Source: Podarcis pityusensis
Taxonomy: Eukaryota
Direction: 5' to 3' (one strand)
DNA: 64,000 nt
NCBI GenBank assembly: GCA_964106645.2
Contig: OZ067050.1
In this document: piece by piece, positions 13,201 through 26,208 of the stretch
Layout: every line of letters starts with the position of its first letter
Position numbering within the stretch: the stretch's first letter is position 1
Notes under the pieces: model-generated
Database searches by the model: none
What the model was told of the DNA's origin: nothing
Seen by the model: the letters and a program-made list of their open reading frames with translations, nothing else
Program-made: the position numbers and the translations under genes

Positions 13201-15018
13201 TACTGTGCTGCTGGACGAATGCTGTTATGTCCTAAACAATCGGCCTATGCATACCCAGTGTAGCAGACCTCTGTGCTGGTTTGGCACATGGGCGCCTATG
13301 AGGCTTGTATTGGTCTGGTGGCTTACATGAGCAAGTTGCTCCAGTAGTGGCTGCCCTAGACAGCTATGGGGCCACGGATCTCCAAATCTCAGAATGACAA
13401 ACAAAGTGATTTTCTTCATATACTTAATGGGACCTGCCAAATCAGTTCATCATAGGCATCCCCACTGAAGCTCATAGGACAGATAGTTGCCCCATGGCCT
13501 GAAATTGGAAAGCTGATTAGAGCTGGACTCTTAAGGAATAATGTTTCCCTCTGTTTCAACCAGCTTTCTTTAAAAGCAACCTTACTCATGCCAGCTGCCT
13601 GATGTCTTTATTTGGGGTGTGCTTTCCCCCACCCCCTGCCTCTTTGCAAAGGGCACGAGCAAGAGTAATCCCTGGAAATTAGTATAAAATGAAATAAAAA
13701 AATCTCAAGTAACAAATGCCCTGTTACCCCTGCTTCCCCCCCCCCTCCACACACACACACCCCGGAACATCCCCCCTCCCTCCCTGGTGCACTTTCGATG
13801 AACCTGTGAAATTGTAGCAATGGCCCTTGAAGTGCAGTGGGGGGAATGATTTAGGAGAATATTAAAGGCAGTGTGGAGATTCAAAGGCGCCTCTCTCGGG
13901 GAGATGTGGAGAAATACGCAGCACAGATGGGCTGCACAGATTAAACATTTCCGTCACATTGTTTCCAAATTGTGTTGCGGTGCCTGAGGGTTGGCACTGC
14001 GGTCAGAGCGGCGCAGCGGAGTGGTAAGGAGCCGCCACGCTTTTATGGAATAAATATTAATATGGCAGCACCACGTGATTTTTGTGATCCCATTGGCTTG
14101 GGGTGATTGTGGAGGGGGGAGGAAGAGGGTGAGAAATGCTGTAACCAAGCTATTGTCTCTGAACTTGGATGCTTTTCTTTTTTTTAATGGGGTGGGTGGA
14201 GGATAAATGGTATTAGGATTGTAAAGCACTTTGCAAACATAAGAAGAACTAATATGCAATCATGGAATTCTTTTAACTGGGAAGGACCAGAAGGTCATCA
14301 AGTCTGTCACTCTCCCAAAGGGGGGGCGAGATCTTACATCAGGAGCGCCCCAACCCCGCCAGCTTAGATATGGGGGTGCACACTGTCTTCAACATAATAA
14401 AAAACAGGGGGGCATCTAAGCTGGACACCCATTGTTATTTTTTAAAAATTCCCAAGGTAAGTAAAATAAGACAAAGTGCTAGGACAAACCACCGATCTCA
14501 ATCCAGCATACAAGTTTTTTTCAGTTGCACGAGGTTCTTCCCCCAAATAGAAGTTCAAGGAAAAGGAAAAAGGGCGGGGGAACCTCCTTGTTTTTAAATA
14601 ATGCACTTGTCTGCAGGAAACAAAGGCAAATATACTAGCACTTTTACACTTTGGTAGGGGAGCAGAATTCTCTTAATTCAAGCATCATTACAAAAACAAA
14701 TGATTTTTTTAATTTTTATTTTATTTGTTGATGCGGTTGGCTTTAAGGAATTTTGTGAAAAGCCGAACAAGTTGATAAAAAAGTGGTAGACTTGACAAGC
14801 TGATACCAAACATTTTTACCTTAAAGTTCATCAAGATTTAAGTCTTAAATTTTATTATGTTAAATTTCCCCCTCAACATTAGGATGCATTCCCTGCGAAA
14901 CACAATTCCTCTTGCATTGGTGTATCTCACCTCTCTCACCTTTGAGTTTACAACTAAGTGCCACAAGCTCCTATCAAGAGCATATTGAGGCATTAGCGTA
15001 ACCGTATTTAGGTACCTA

Positions 15019-15431
15019 GGGACGTGGGTGGCGTAAACGGCATTTCCGTGCACTGCTCTGGTTCGTCAGAAGTGGCTTAGTTATGCTGGCCACATGACCC
15101 GGAAGCTGTACCCCGGATCCCTCGGCCAGTAAAGCAAGGAGCCAGTGTGGTGTAGTGGTGAAGAGCAGTAGACTCGTAGTCTGGGGAACCGGGTTCACGT
15201 CTCCTCTCTTCCACATGCAGCTGCTGGGTGACCTTGGGCTAGTCACACTTCTTTGAAGTCTCTCAGCCGCACTCACTTCACAGAGTGTTTGTTGTGGGGG
15301 AGGAAGGGAAAGGAGAATGTTAGCCGCTTTGAGACTCCTTTGGGTAGTGATAAAGCAGGATATCAAATCCAAATCCAAGATGTGCGCCGCAACGCCAGAG
15401 TCGTCCGCGACTGGACCTAACGGTCAGGGGC
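15019..15431 (+). mobile_element. Sauria SINE (internally deleted) interrupted by a Squam3-like SINE
   Basis: gggacgtgggtggcg head; gctggccacatgacccggaagctg core; resumes at about 15377 with agatgtgcgccgcaac...ggacctaacggtcagggg. Confidence 0.8.
15140..15376 (+). mobile_element. Squam3-like tRNA-derived SINE
   Basis: gagccagtgtggtgtagtgg head, gggttc B-box, ...gatatcaaatccaaa end; closely similar to copies at 26981 and 52259. Confidence 0.85.
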
Positions 15432-16027
15432 TTTTGATAACTTAAGAAAACAATCAAAGTCAGACATTATTGTGTACTCTTTGTCTTCCTTCTCATGAAT
15501 GAGTCCACCATCTTTTGATGCCTGATGTGGAAAATCTAACTGGCATGCCCTTGCACTCATAAAAAACAAGGGCATAACCCGTTGGGAAGCTGTCCTGTAC
15601 ATGCCTGATTGAAATGAATGGGAGCTGCCAAAACCAGGCATCTGAGGAAGGCTTACCTTATTACAAGACATCTCTGCTTCCAGTGTTCATCCCCAAATTG
15701 TCCTGCCTCCTCCTGGAAATTAACTGCACACTTTTTTTGCCTCTATCCCATGAAGTTCCTTGTGGGAGTTTTGCAGCGTTCTGATTACATTAATAGCAAA
15801 GAAGTAATATGGGATGGTTGTGCATGTTGTGTAGATTTAATAATTCATACTAATTGTGATTTATGGGAAGAAACGTTTGAATACGTAAAGAACCAGCCTA
15901 GGAGGCGGAGTGGTGAATGTAAACACATGGAAAGAAAGAAAGGCAGCAAACTGAAATGTGTTTAAAGGCGTGGGCAGAGGATTTATGAAGGGCAGTTGAA
16001 GTATGCCACCTTTACCAAGAGAGAGAA

Positions 16028-17600
16028 GGCTACTCGCCTGAGCTTTTGTATTTATTTATTTATTTTAATTTTGCATTTTCTATTTTACATATATAAGCAA
16101 AATAAGAAGATAAACATGAAATCCCCTTTGACTTCCCTCCCCGCCCCATTGTCAATCTTAATATTATGATTTCTCCCTCTGCATCTCTTTCATAAATCCG
16201 TTCTTATAAATCCTTTATCATTCCATAGTTCAAATTTTTACCACAACTTTTCTGTCAATCCTACCAAAGTGTGTAATTGTTTACAATAGTTTTTCAAGTA
16301 GATTATAGACTTTCCCCATCCTTTATTAAAGTCCACTTCTTCCTGGTTTCTAATTCTTCCTGTAAGTTTTGCCATCTCGCCATAGTTCATCAGTTTTATC
16401 TGGCACTTCCTTGCTCAGAGTTGTACCATCTTTCCATTTCTGGGCTAACAGAGTCCAGGCAGCTGTGGCCATGTACATGAATAGTTTCATCTGGTCCTTC
16501 GGAATCTCTGGACCTATAATACCTAAGAGAAAAGCTTCGGGTTTCTTAGGAAAAGTTATTTTCAACATTTTTTTTCAATTCATTACATATCATTTCCCAG
16601 AAGTCTTTTACATCTTACATGACCACCACATGTGATTTATTTTTATTTTTATTTTTAGAAAACCCTTCTTTTTGTCCAACTTAAACAGTTCATTAAGCTG
16701 GTGATATTGCAACCAGTGGCGGAGGAAGGGGGTGCAGTCCTCCCTGGGTGTCATCACTGAGGGGGGGTTGATAAAATGAGGGTTTTTTTTAAAAAAATGG
16801 GCTCACAAAACTTTTTAGGAGTGACGTGGTGGCTTAGGCGCCTGCAGGTTCTGCACTGCCTGAAATGGCAACGTGGGACTTGCGTCTGCCTACAGCCTCT
16901 CCCTCAGCTGCCCTACAGCTGAGGGGAAGGCGGCAGAGAGGCTCCAAGCATCGGAGAGGCTGGCCCCACCCCCATCGGCGTGGGTCACACTGCCCCCATC
17001 AGCGCAGATCGTGCTGCCCCTGGCTGCAGGACACACACACCACCGCACCAGGCACGCGAGCGGCTAGCTACACCACTGATTGCAACCAGTCAGTTACTAA
17101 TTCTCATATCTTTGAACCTCCTTAATTTTAAATCTTGATCTACTTCTATTAATAATTCTTAATATGTTGCCCAATCATTTCTCATATTCCTTTTTTTCAC
17201 CAATATTGTTTCAAGTGGGGAGAGCCACCATGGTGTTTTGTGTTCCAATGTTTTTTTTGTATTTGTCCCATACTTCATACACTGGTTTCCTTATAACGTG
17301 ATTCAGAAAAGCTTTATGTCATGCCACAAATAGGCATGCCAGCCATATCTGTTATCATGACTTTCAAGATCTAATATGGAACAGTTTCCCAGCGATATCC
17401 ATTCCTTTAACCAGCAAAAATAAGACGCCTCAAAATATAATCTCAGATCTGGTAAGGAGAATCCACCTCTTTCCTTGGCATTTGTCCGTAATTTATACTT
17501 TATTCTTGTTTCTTCCCCTGCCAGATAAATCTAGTAATAGCTTTCTGCCATTCTTTAAAGCATCTTGTATTGCTGATCACTGAGCTTTCTTATGAATTTG
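16028..17600 (-). mobile_element. L1-clade LINE 3' fragment (degraded ORF2 C-terminus, 3'UTR, A-rich tail)
   Basis: Peptide LKITFPKKPEAFLLGIIGPEIPKDQMKLFMYMATAA, homologous to the copy at 60792-61662; T-rich tail on the plus strand; left and right limits approximate. Confidence 0.8.
16714..17078. mobile_element. hAT-type non-autonomous DNA transposon inserted in the L1 fragment
   Basis: Perfect 8-bp TSD ATTGCAAC (16706-16713, 17079-17086); termini CAGTGGCGGAG / CTACACCACTG. Confidence 0.9.
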
Positions 17601-17724
17601 TTGCTTATTTATTTAATAAATTTATATCCCATGCCTTCAGCTACTGAGGTTCCCAGAGTGGCAAGGTGTTTTTAATGTTGTACACTGCCCTTGGATTTTT
17701 TGATAAAGGGTGGTATATAAATTG

Positions 17725-17753
17725 TAGTAGTAGTAGTAGTAGTAGTAGTAGTA
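17725..17753. repeat. (GTA)n microsatellite
   Basis: Direct reading. Confidence 0.9.
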
Positions 17754-17784
17754 ATACTATTGTGACGTATGTCTACCATTCAGG

Positions 17785-18520
17785 TTGTGACTTGGCTGTT
17801 GGTATCCATCAGTCCCAAGAGACAATGGAGTGTGCCTCCAGGGGTGAAATTGCTGTGTTAGCAGTACTGAAGTGAGCTCCCCGGGGTGAAAGCCTGGGCA
17901 GTGTGTATGGTGGTCCTGAGCTGCCAAGATGACAAGACCCTCCTCTCAGCCTCGCTGATGTGGTCCAAAGGAAAGCATAGCAATATGTTTGGCACCAGGT
18001 TGGCTGCAGGAGTTGCCAGAAGGAGTCATACAAAGTGCCACCCAACTGTCTTAGGGACTCCACTCTGGATTTGTGTAGGGTTTACTCCTTAGCCTGTTCT
18101 TCTCCCGAAGATGTCCTGCAAGGCAACAAAGTTTTAGGATCAGAGTTTTCCTTCTCCTAGATGGGCTACCTTCCCAGAGTGATGAGGTCCATCTGCCCCT
18201 CACTTCCCTCTACAGCATGTGCGGAAGCCACTTTCTTGACTGTTGGACCCACTATTGGTCTTATCCACTCAATTCCCCAGAGCCTGGCTTCGCATGCAAG
18301 TCCTAACCACCGAGGGTTTGAGTCCCTTCAGCTACCCTCACCTGGTTTAGCTGGCTAGTCAAAGCCATTCCCTGGCTCTGTCACGTGCTGACAGCTTCTA
18401 GGAGCCACAGGTGGGAGCTGAGTGCAGGGTGGGGACCAAAGGTGGATAAATTACCCCAGAAGGAGCACAACATGTTCCCCACCAGAAGCAGTACCCTCCC
18501 CTAACACTCCATACACTCCT
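17785..18520 (-). mobile_element. Bipartite non-autonomous RTE-derived retroposon (5'UTR fused to 3' end)
   Basis: Minus strand carries GGGAAGGTAGCCCATCTAGGAGAAGGAAAACTCTGA (recalled RTE 5'UTR motif) and ends with CACTCCATTGTCTC...GGATACCAACA (recalled RTE 3' end); no ORF between. Confidence 0.6.
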
Positions 18521-19139
18521 GTTATGACATTAATGTTATGACTTGATATAACATTAATGGTATGAATCATTGGGGGAATCTATGTGCCATTGAATTGTTT
18601 TTGTATCCATAGGAAAAGGTATGATCAGTGACACTTGTGCCTGCCAACTGTCTAATCACAACTCTGATGTGAAGTGCCCATATTGAACTAAGCACTCTCC
18701 AGATATGTCCAGTGTTAGTTTATAGAACGTGTTTTGTCCGCCAGCACTTCACAACCGGTCTTCAGCACTTAGAAGTTAAAACAACTGAGTTTACTCTGAG
18801 ATACAGGTGTTTGTGAGAAATAATCACATATAGTCAGAAATTAAGCACTCGTTCAAGCACCAATTAGAACAGGAATGCATCACCCATACAGCTGTTCAGA
18901 GGGAGGAACTTCAGACAATTCCGCACAAGATGCAAATAACACATTCCTGGTCCATGGAATCAGGTAATGCCAGAAAACCAATCATGTCCCTCTACCTCCT
19001 TTAAAGCTCTCAGAGCTGCTGCATATCCATATTGTAGTCTATCAGGCACTCTGGTCTGAAGGGAAAACACACTCCAGCAGAGCAGAGCCTTTAAGAGGTG
19101 TGACCTAGGAAAAGTCCCAAGGAACAGATAGAAAAGTCT

Positions 19140-20240
19140 GGAGGGTCTCATTAGGTCCCTTGGATTCCCGGTCTTCATTTATCTGTGCTTATTGTTGAGA
19201 GGTTTCTCCTAATGTTTAACTGAAATCTACCATCTGTAATGTAAGCCCATTAGAACTAGTCCTGCCCACTGGGGCAGCGGAAAATAAGTACCCTGTTCTA
19301 TAAGAGAGCCCTTCAGAGGTTTGAAGTTTACTCTCGTATCTGCCTTCAGTCTTCTCTTCACCTGGCTAATCACACCCGGTTCCCTCAACCTTTCATTGTA
19401 CAACTTTTGCCCTCTTCTGAACCTGTTCCAATTTGTCTGCATTCTTTTAAAAAGTGTGGTGCCAATGGAAAACTGGGCTGAAACTAACAAAATGAAATTC
19501 AATATAGACGATTTTTAAAAAAATCAAATGCACAAGGATAGTATGGGGGACATCTGGCTTGGCAGCATACAAAAAGGATCTCAGGATCTGGTCATTGACC
19601 ATAATAATAAAGATTTGATTAGATCTCAGAATTATAATCAATCACAAGCTGAACATGGATCAGCAGTGTGATGCTGCCAAAAAAAAAAGATAATACAATT
19701 TTAGGCTGCATTAGTAGCACCATAGTTTCCAAGTCTTTTTAAAAAATCATTTTATTCTGCACTGGTCAGACCTTATCTGCAGTACTGTGCCCAGTTATTC
19801 TGTAAAGGTGATTGCTAGCCCCAATGGCTATGCTCTGCCTTCACAGTCAGAGGCAGCAATGCTTCTGAATATCAGTTGCTGGAAACCACAGGAAGGAATA
19901 GTGTGCTTGTGCTCAGATCCTTATGGCACCATGCTCAAAAACATGATCCAGGTTGATGAGAAACCATTGATGAACATGCTCGATTTTTCCTGCTCTAGAT
20001 CCACCTGATGGTATTATTATATATCCTGCATTTAACCAGTTTGCTAACCAAATATCAAATGCTCTGCTGAAATAAAGATAAATTATGTCCACTACATTCC
20101 CACAATCCACTAAGCTTATAACCCAATTAAAATCACTTATCACTACATTGTTACACAGATGATTATAAACTGACTCCTTTTTCCTCTGTTCTAGTGTGTC
20201 CAAGGTATCAAAGTCAGACTGGCCACTCTGTAATTTCCCA
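19140..20240. mobile_element. Cluster of CR1 ORF2 fragments in both orientations
   Basis: Peptides NWAETNKMKFN (+), LVDCGNVVDIIYLYFSRAFD and GNYRVASLTLIP (-), YNERLREPGVISQVKRRLKAD (-), typical of CR1 RT. Confidence 0.8.
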
Positions 20241-21291
20241 GATCTTCTCTCTGCCTTCCGCACCCCATCTCCACACTGTGAGGTTCCACACTCTTCTCCT
20301 CTTGGGAGAAGACAAAAGCAGCTCCTTCCCTAGTTGCAGGAGTTCCTGCTATCCCAGAGGAAATGGAAGGAAAGTACAAGCTCCTTTGAAGAGATGGGGC
20401 CCCTTCCTGACCCCGATATTTAGGGTTAAGAAGGCTAGACTTCCATGGCAGAGGCCACGTCATGACTTTCTGCCTGACCATGAGGCAATGTAGGCTGTCA
20501 TCTCAGAAAATAGGTTTTGGGCAATAAAGAGACAGAGAGAGAGAGAGGTCTCATTCATAGAGCACTACCTACAGGGAAGTTTCTGTACTATGCAAGCCCT
20601 GTTGAAATGACGGGGGGGTGGGGGGAGCTGCACATGAGCACAGGAGAAACGTCTTGAGCTGTCACTGCAGCTTCCTGGGGGACATTCAGACCCTAGCACC
20701 TCTCTTTCATTCTCAAAAACTGGCCACTGTGCTCAGGTTTCCTCCTTTCCAGTGTTAAGCCCTAAATTTTGTTCTGAGCCAGCTTTCAGCCCTGGGCCAG
20801 TTTTTGAGGTAAACAGATGTCTGCAGTGACCCAATATAAAACCCTCCCATGTCAAGCGACCCTCCAATAATGCGTGACACAGCTCACCTATGAATTAGAG
20901 GCCTCCATTTTACTAACAATAATGTATGATGCTCCGGCACTAATAATGGGGCCAAGCAATCATATACCGATAAGCCTGTGATTGATTTTGGCTTTTCTCC
21001 TCGGGCATCCATCATCCCGCCATTGATCTTCTGTGAGCGACTGGGGCTGATTAACTACATCGCCAAAGTAGGATCGGGGTTGTTTACGAGGCGCTTGGAC
21101 TGTAACTAGAGCTAAGTTGGGGTTGAGGAGTAAATATTGCTAGATCAGCGTTGGCAAGGTGGGGTGTGGAGCCAGTCTTTTGTTTTAGAACAGGTAATGT
21201 CTCACTATAGAGAAAAGAGTTTGCCTCCAAACCCCGAGGCTTAATTGGGAGATAGGATGTATTAGCCCCAGAATCTATTTTCCGTGCCAAG

Positions 21292-21478
21292 CAGGGCCAG
21301 CCCGTGACATTTTGGCACCTGAGGCAGACCCCAAAATAGCACCCCTTTCCCACTAGGGAAGAAGGGACGAGGAAGATCTACATCAGGAACAAAGGTGTGG
21401 GGGGGGAGAGATCAACATTGGGATCTGCTGCCCCAGTGGGCCGTCACCTCACCTTGCCTCATGTGTGGGCCGGCCCTG
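21292..21478. mobile_element. hAT-type MITE
   Basis: TIRs CAGGGCCAGCCC / GGGCCGGCCCTG; 8-bp TSD GTGCCAAG / GTGCCAGG. Confidence 0.85.
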
Positions 21479-24400
21479 GTGCCAGGGCTCTGCTCTGGAG
21501 AAAACTAAGTAGATGAAAAAGAGTGCCTCTGAGCATGTGCAGTGATTCTTTCCATTCATAGTGAGGGCAGAGCTGTACATGATGAGAAATACGGGGCTAC
21601 CAGCAAAAGCAGAAGTTCTGTATTGAGTTCTCCCTGCTCTGTAACATGTAGTAAAACGTAGCCAATTTCTTGATGTCGTGCTGCGTGTTTCCTCGTCATT
21701 GCTTCACATCAAATTCCTCACATCATGGAAGGATTTGCCACATCCTGGAAGGCAGGATATAAATAATTGCAATAAATCAATAGAGATAAATCACTGGTTG
21801 TCAGTGCCAAGGAAAAATGCAACATGATGATGGTATCAGAACATGCTGTTAGTTTTACTACATGTTATGGAGGAGGAAGGGGAGAGCTCAAAACCAGACT
21901 GCTGTTTTGGATAGCAACCCCACCTCTCTCATAACATGTAGTTACTGTATACTTTGAGTAACCACAGGATATCCAATGTATACACCTCTGGAACCGAAGG
22001 AAGGAATTCCTTTGAGTGTTTATTCCAGACAACTCTTGCTTCTAAAAATTAACCAACCTCTTTGGTGATTGACTAGGAATTCAGCCCAGCCTTCCTCCTC
22101 CCTGTCAATCTTATCTGTGACCATATTGTAGTTTGCTGTTCCCGTCAACAGCTTAGTTCAGAGTTCTGCAAATTGTCTCACTTATTCCACTGTCAGTGCT
22201 GTTGGCAGCTCATGCAAGTGGGATGAATTTTGCAAGAGCTTAGCTTAGCTCTAAATCCCAGTGCAACCATAATTAGGAGAATATAGATTCACATTTTTGG
22301 AAATAAATTGTAGCAAGGAGAACTTGCTTGAACAAACACACAAACACACACACACACACACACACACTGAGTCAAATTCATTTTTGCTCTTAATTATTTG
22401 CAAATGACAGCCTGTTTCTGTGTTGCCTCGCTGACAAGCAGCCCTCAGGAAATGCTTACTTACAGAGATGCTGCACATGTAATGCACATGAGATCCTGAA
22501 CAGTAATATTTAAAATACTCACTAAATGCACTTCACCCATCATGAGTAGCAGTTCTGAAAGCTGCTGCCAGAATCAGAAGCATGCTCCTGATATTTGTGG
22601 TTAGGGATACGCATTTGGTAAGGATCTTTTAAACATCACTCTTCCTGCATAAAGCATTTGCGACACATAAAGGGGCTTCTCCTTGTCTGCATGTGGGGTA
22701 TATATAACATCTAAAACTAGCTTTTAACAAGCAGCAGGTCTTACCTTGGTTTAGCTCAGCAGGTGAACATGTCATGTGCATGCAGAAAGTAACAAGTTTG
22801 TTCCAAGGCATAGGTATCTCCAGTTACAAAACCTCACAGAGTAGGACTGGGAAGGACCTTTGCTAGAGAGCCGTCACCAGTCAGAGTACATTGCACTGGG
22901 TTTAATAGACCAAAGGTCTGATTTAGTATAAAGCACATTCATTATATTCCTATGACCACTGAGTAACTGCAACCAGCCGCTGCATCTGGGCTTACCGAGA
23001 AAGAACTCAGTGGGTGATAACTTCCCATTAGATTTGCACCCCAGTAATATACATACACACATATTTTATACAGAAAGCGAAAGAGCGCTGCAGCCCTGAG
23101 GCTGTTTCTGCCTTGCCCCTCAAAGACGTATCAGTGGTCATCTTGGGTAGTTGCTGAGCTGTCATGCAGAACGCTCTACAAATAGGGAAACAGTGGGGAT
23201 GGGGGCAGATGGAAATTAAAAGCGAGCGGCTCTGTAGCAGGGGTCTTCATTCTCTTTTCCGGCTTACGAGAGCTGCCTGCTGTTTCCTCCCAGTCTTACT
23301 CCCCCTACCCCCTGCCGCTACCTGCTTGCTAAGGCATTTTCTTGTGGCACGGTAGAGAGAGTCCAGACATCGAGACAGGAGGCATGCAAAGGACACCCGT
23401 GACGCTGTCGAAAAGCAGTAAAGCAGCCGCATGAGAAGGCTGAGAGTAGCCAAGAAATGTCCCCCTTGTCGCTTGTCGGCATCCTATTTTGGTTTATATG
23501 TCCTTTCCCATAGGTTTAGATATTGTTTTCCCATTAGTTGGTGTACATCAGCAACATAAATTCTTCTATGTCTGTGCATGTGCAATCCCTCCACGGACCC
23601 CCACGCCCAGGAAAGATTGATCCACATGCAGCTGTTTCAGCTTTGCTGCTGACAAGAAATTTGGGAGCCAAGGGATGGGGAGAGAAATTTTGCATTTCAT
23701 TTTTACTTCCTTTGCATATTTTTGCTTCATCTTTTTTAATCGGCAGGGATGCCACCCCTGCGCTAAGCTTCTGTTCTGTTCTTGAGATCCTTTTACACAT
23801 CTTGGATAACACACACACCTCTTTCAGTTCATGCAGTCAGCGCAGGTAAGGTAAAATCCTGTGATCCCATTTCCTAGGCCACAGTTCAGACTTCAAGCCA
23901 AGAACATTACAGATTTTCCTAATTTTTGATACTACATGCCTCCAGTTGATTTCACTAATCAGCACACCAATTTTAGACAGTCTTTCAGTGTACCTGTCTT
24001 TCATACCAGTACTCCTATGAATCAGGGGGTGCAGGACACCTGAAGGATGTAAATTTTTAGCCAAGGATATCCTTTTGTTGAGGCCTTTTACCCTGGGCCC
24101 AGGAGAGGGGCTGGGAATTAACTCTGTAGATTCCCCAAAATCCACTATCATTTTTGAAACTGAACTCTGCTTGGGATGCTGACCTCAAAGTTACAGTGCT
24201 TAGACATGTTACAACAGTGCTGAAACATTCCTGCAAAATAATAATAATAAAGCCCTTGTTAATGCTGGATTGCTGTAGGACAAACTCGGCATTCTTGCTG
24301 CCCTTGTTGGCATGAGTCGGGGTGTCCCCTGCTAACTCTAAGCTACAGTGCACAGGTCCTGGAGCACACTCTCCATGGGGAGCCAGCTACCACAAAAGGA

Positions 24401-26208
24401 GGGTTAAGAGCCTGGACTCAGGATTGCTGGTGTGGCATGGGGAGCCTCTCTTGAACTGAGCCACCACAGACAGCTACCTCCTCTGTCCTCATGGTCAAGC
24501 CTGCTCTGGATCAATGGATGTGTGCAGGTCCAAAGGGTCTAGCATCTCGCACTCACTGGAATTTGTTTCAACATTTTCTGCTGAAGAAGTCATCCTCTCC
24601 ATCACCCCATACAAAAAAATTCCCCCTCGCTAAGCAAAGCCCAAACCTCCGGCATCAGCAGCTTATGGAGGGAAGCTGGCAAATTAGCACCTCCAGACGC
24701 AAGGCAGGGTTCACCTCGGGCCGGGGCTCTGCCAGTGCAACTTCCTCCATTTTAATAGTTTAATAAAAATTAGCATAATTAACGAACATCTGTATGATCC
24801 AGAGCGGTGCAATTTGGCACTCGGAAACGAGAGCTTAAACATTATTGCTGGGAGTTTAATGTTGTTTTAATTCTTTTTGGCACAGCACAGGGAAATAAAG
24901 CGCCCGGCGCCGATGGTTCTCGGCTTGTGCTCATTTGCATTCCATTCTTCCTTTTTTGATTATGAACAATCGCTGGCTCCCCAGCAATCCATCAAAGCCG
25001 AAATTGTTTTAAAATACCTCACAGTGCTCAGGCCAAGGCAGTGCTTGGAAGAAGGTGGGTCCGGTCTCTGTCTTTGCCTTTTACATCCATCTGGCACAGT
25101 ATCCTTTTCTCTGTTTTTTTCCTGGTGCCTTGGGCTTGTTCACACACACATCTACATCACTTCATTACTCTGTACTTGGCTATTTTAGCAGAATGTGTGA
25201 ACTGACTCTGGGCTGAAAAGCATTGTGCGTGAACTGACATCAGGTGATATGAAAGATGTTTGTGGTGATTAATCTATAATGGCTCATTCGCCATGCATGT
25301 CGCCATTAGATGCTCCGTAGTCAACAAGTGATTAACATACTTGTGTGAAACAACCCATAGCCTTTATACTGAATGGTGCGAGACTTGTCTGGAAAGCCTT
25401 CAGCTTGCAGCGTCTTGCTCCTAATGTGTCCATGAGAGAGGTTATTCTAGAGAAGAAAGCACTCTGAATGTGCTCAGAGGAACTCTTCTTTACTATTACT
25501 TCACATATCCCTGCAGCTATTTAAGGAGCAAAATGTAGGACATTCTGCCTCACCCAGTGTCCAGTGGGCCAACAGCTGCTAGAATCATGTTTTCCACCTC
25601 TAAGGGAAGGGCAAAGACTTCATGGCCCCACTCACTGGCCAGAGAGCTGACAGTCCCGGGTTCTCCACAGCCAAAACAGAACTGGTGCTGCAGCAAAAGG
25701 CTCTGTATGGACAAGTTTGCACAATCAACAGGGTTAAGTGGTAGATATTTTTCTCAACTCTTCCACTTCAAGCTGCAGGCGGAAGGATACAGTTTGAAGA
25801 ATATGCAAAAACAAACACAACCCTTTCCCATTAGAAAACTGGTGCATCAGGCAGAGGCCTAGTCCAAACCTTTATATGTACAGAGAATCTTATCTATGAA
25901 CATTAATACTGTATTCTTAAGTGTTATGGTAGGTTAAAAGTAGTTTTATTTGGTGCAGCATTTGTGAAGGGAGAAATACAAAGTATTTGGGACTCTTGCT
26001 TTAATGCTGCTTTATTCCAACAGGTTTATTTTATATGTTAGACCCTTGACAGTTGTATTTTTATTGTTTTAATGCAATTGATTATATCCTGTCTTTCTAC
26101 AGTGTCCAAGGCAGCTAACCAAAAATTACATCAAATTAAAAGTAAAAAAAAAAAATTAAATGAGAAATAATAATTCATATTGCTATTTTAAATGCATGTA
26201 CAGAAGTA

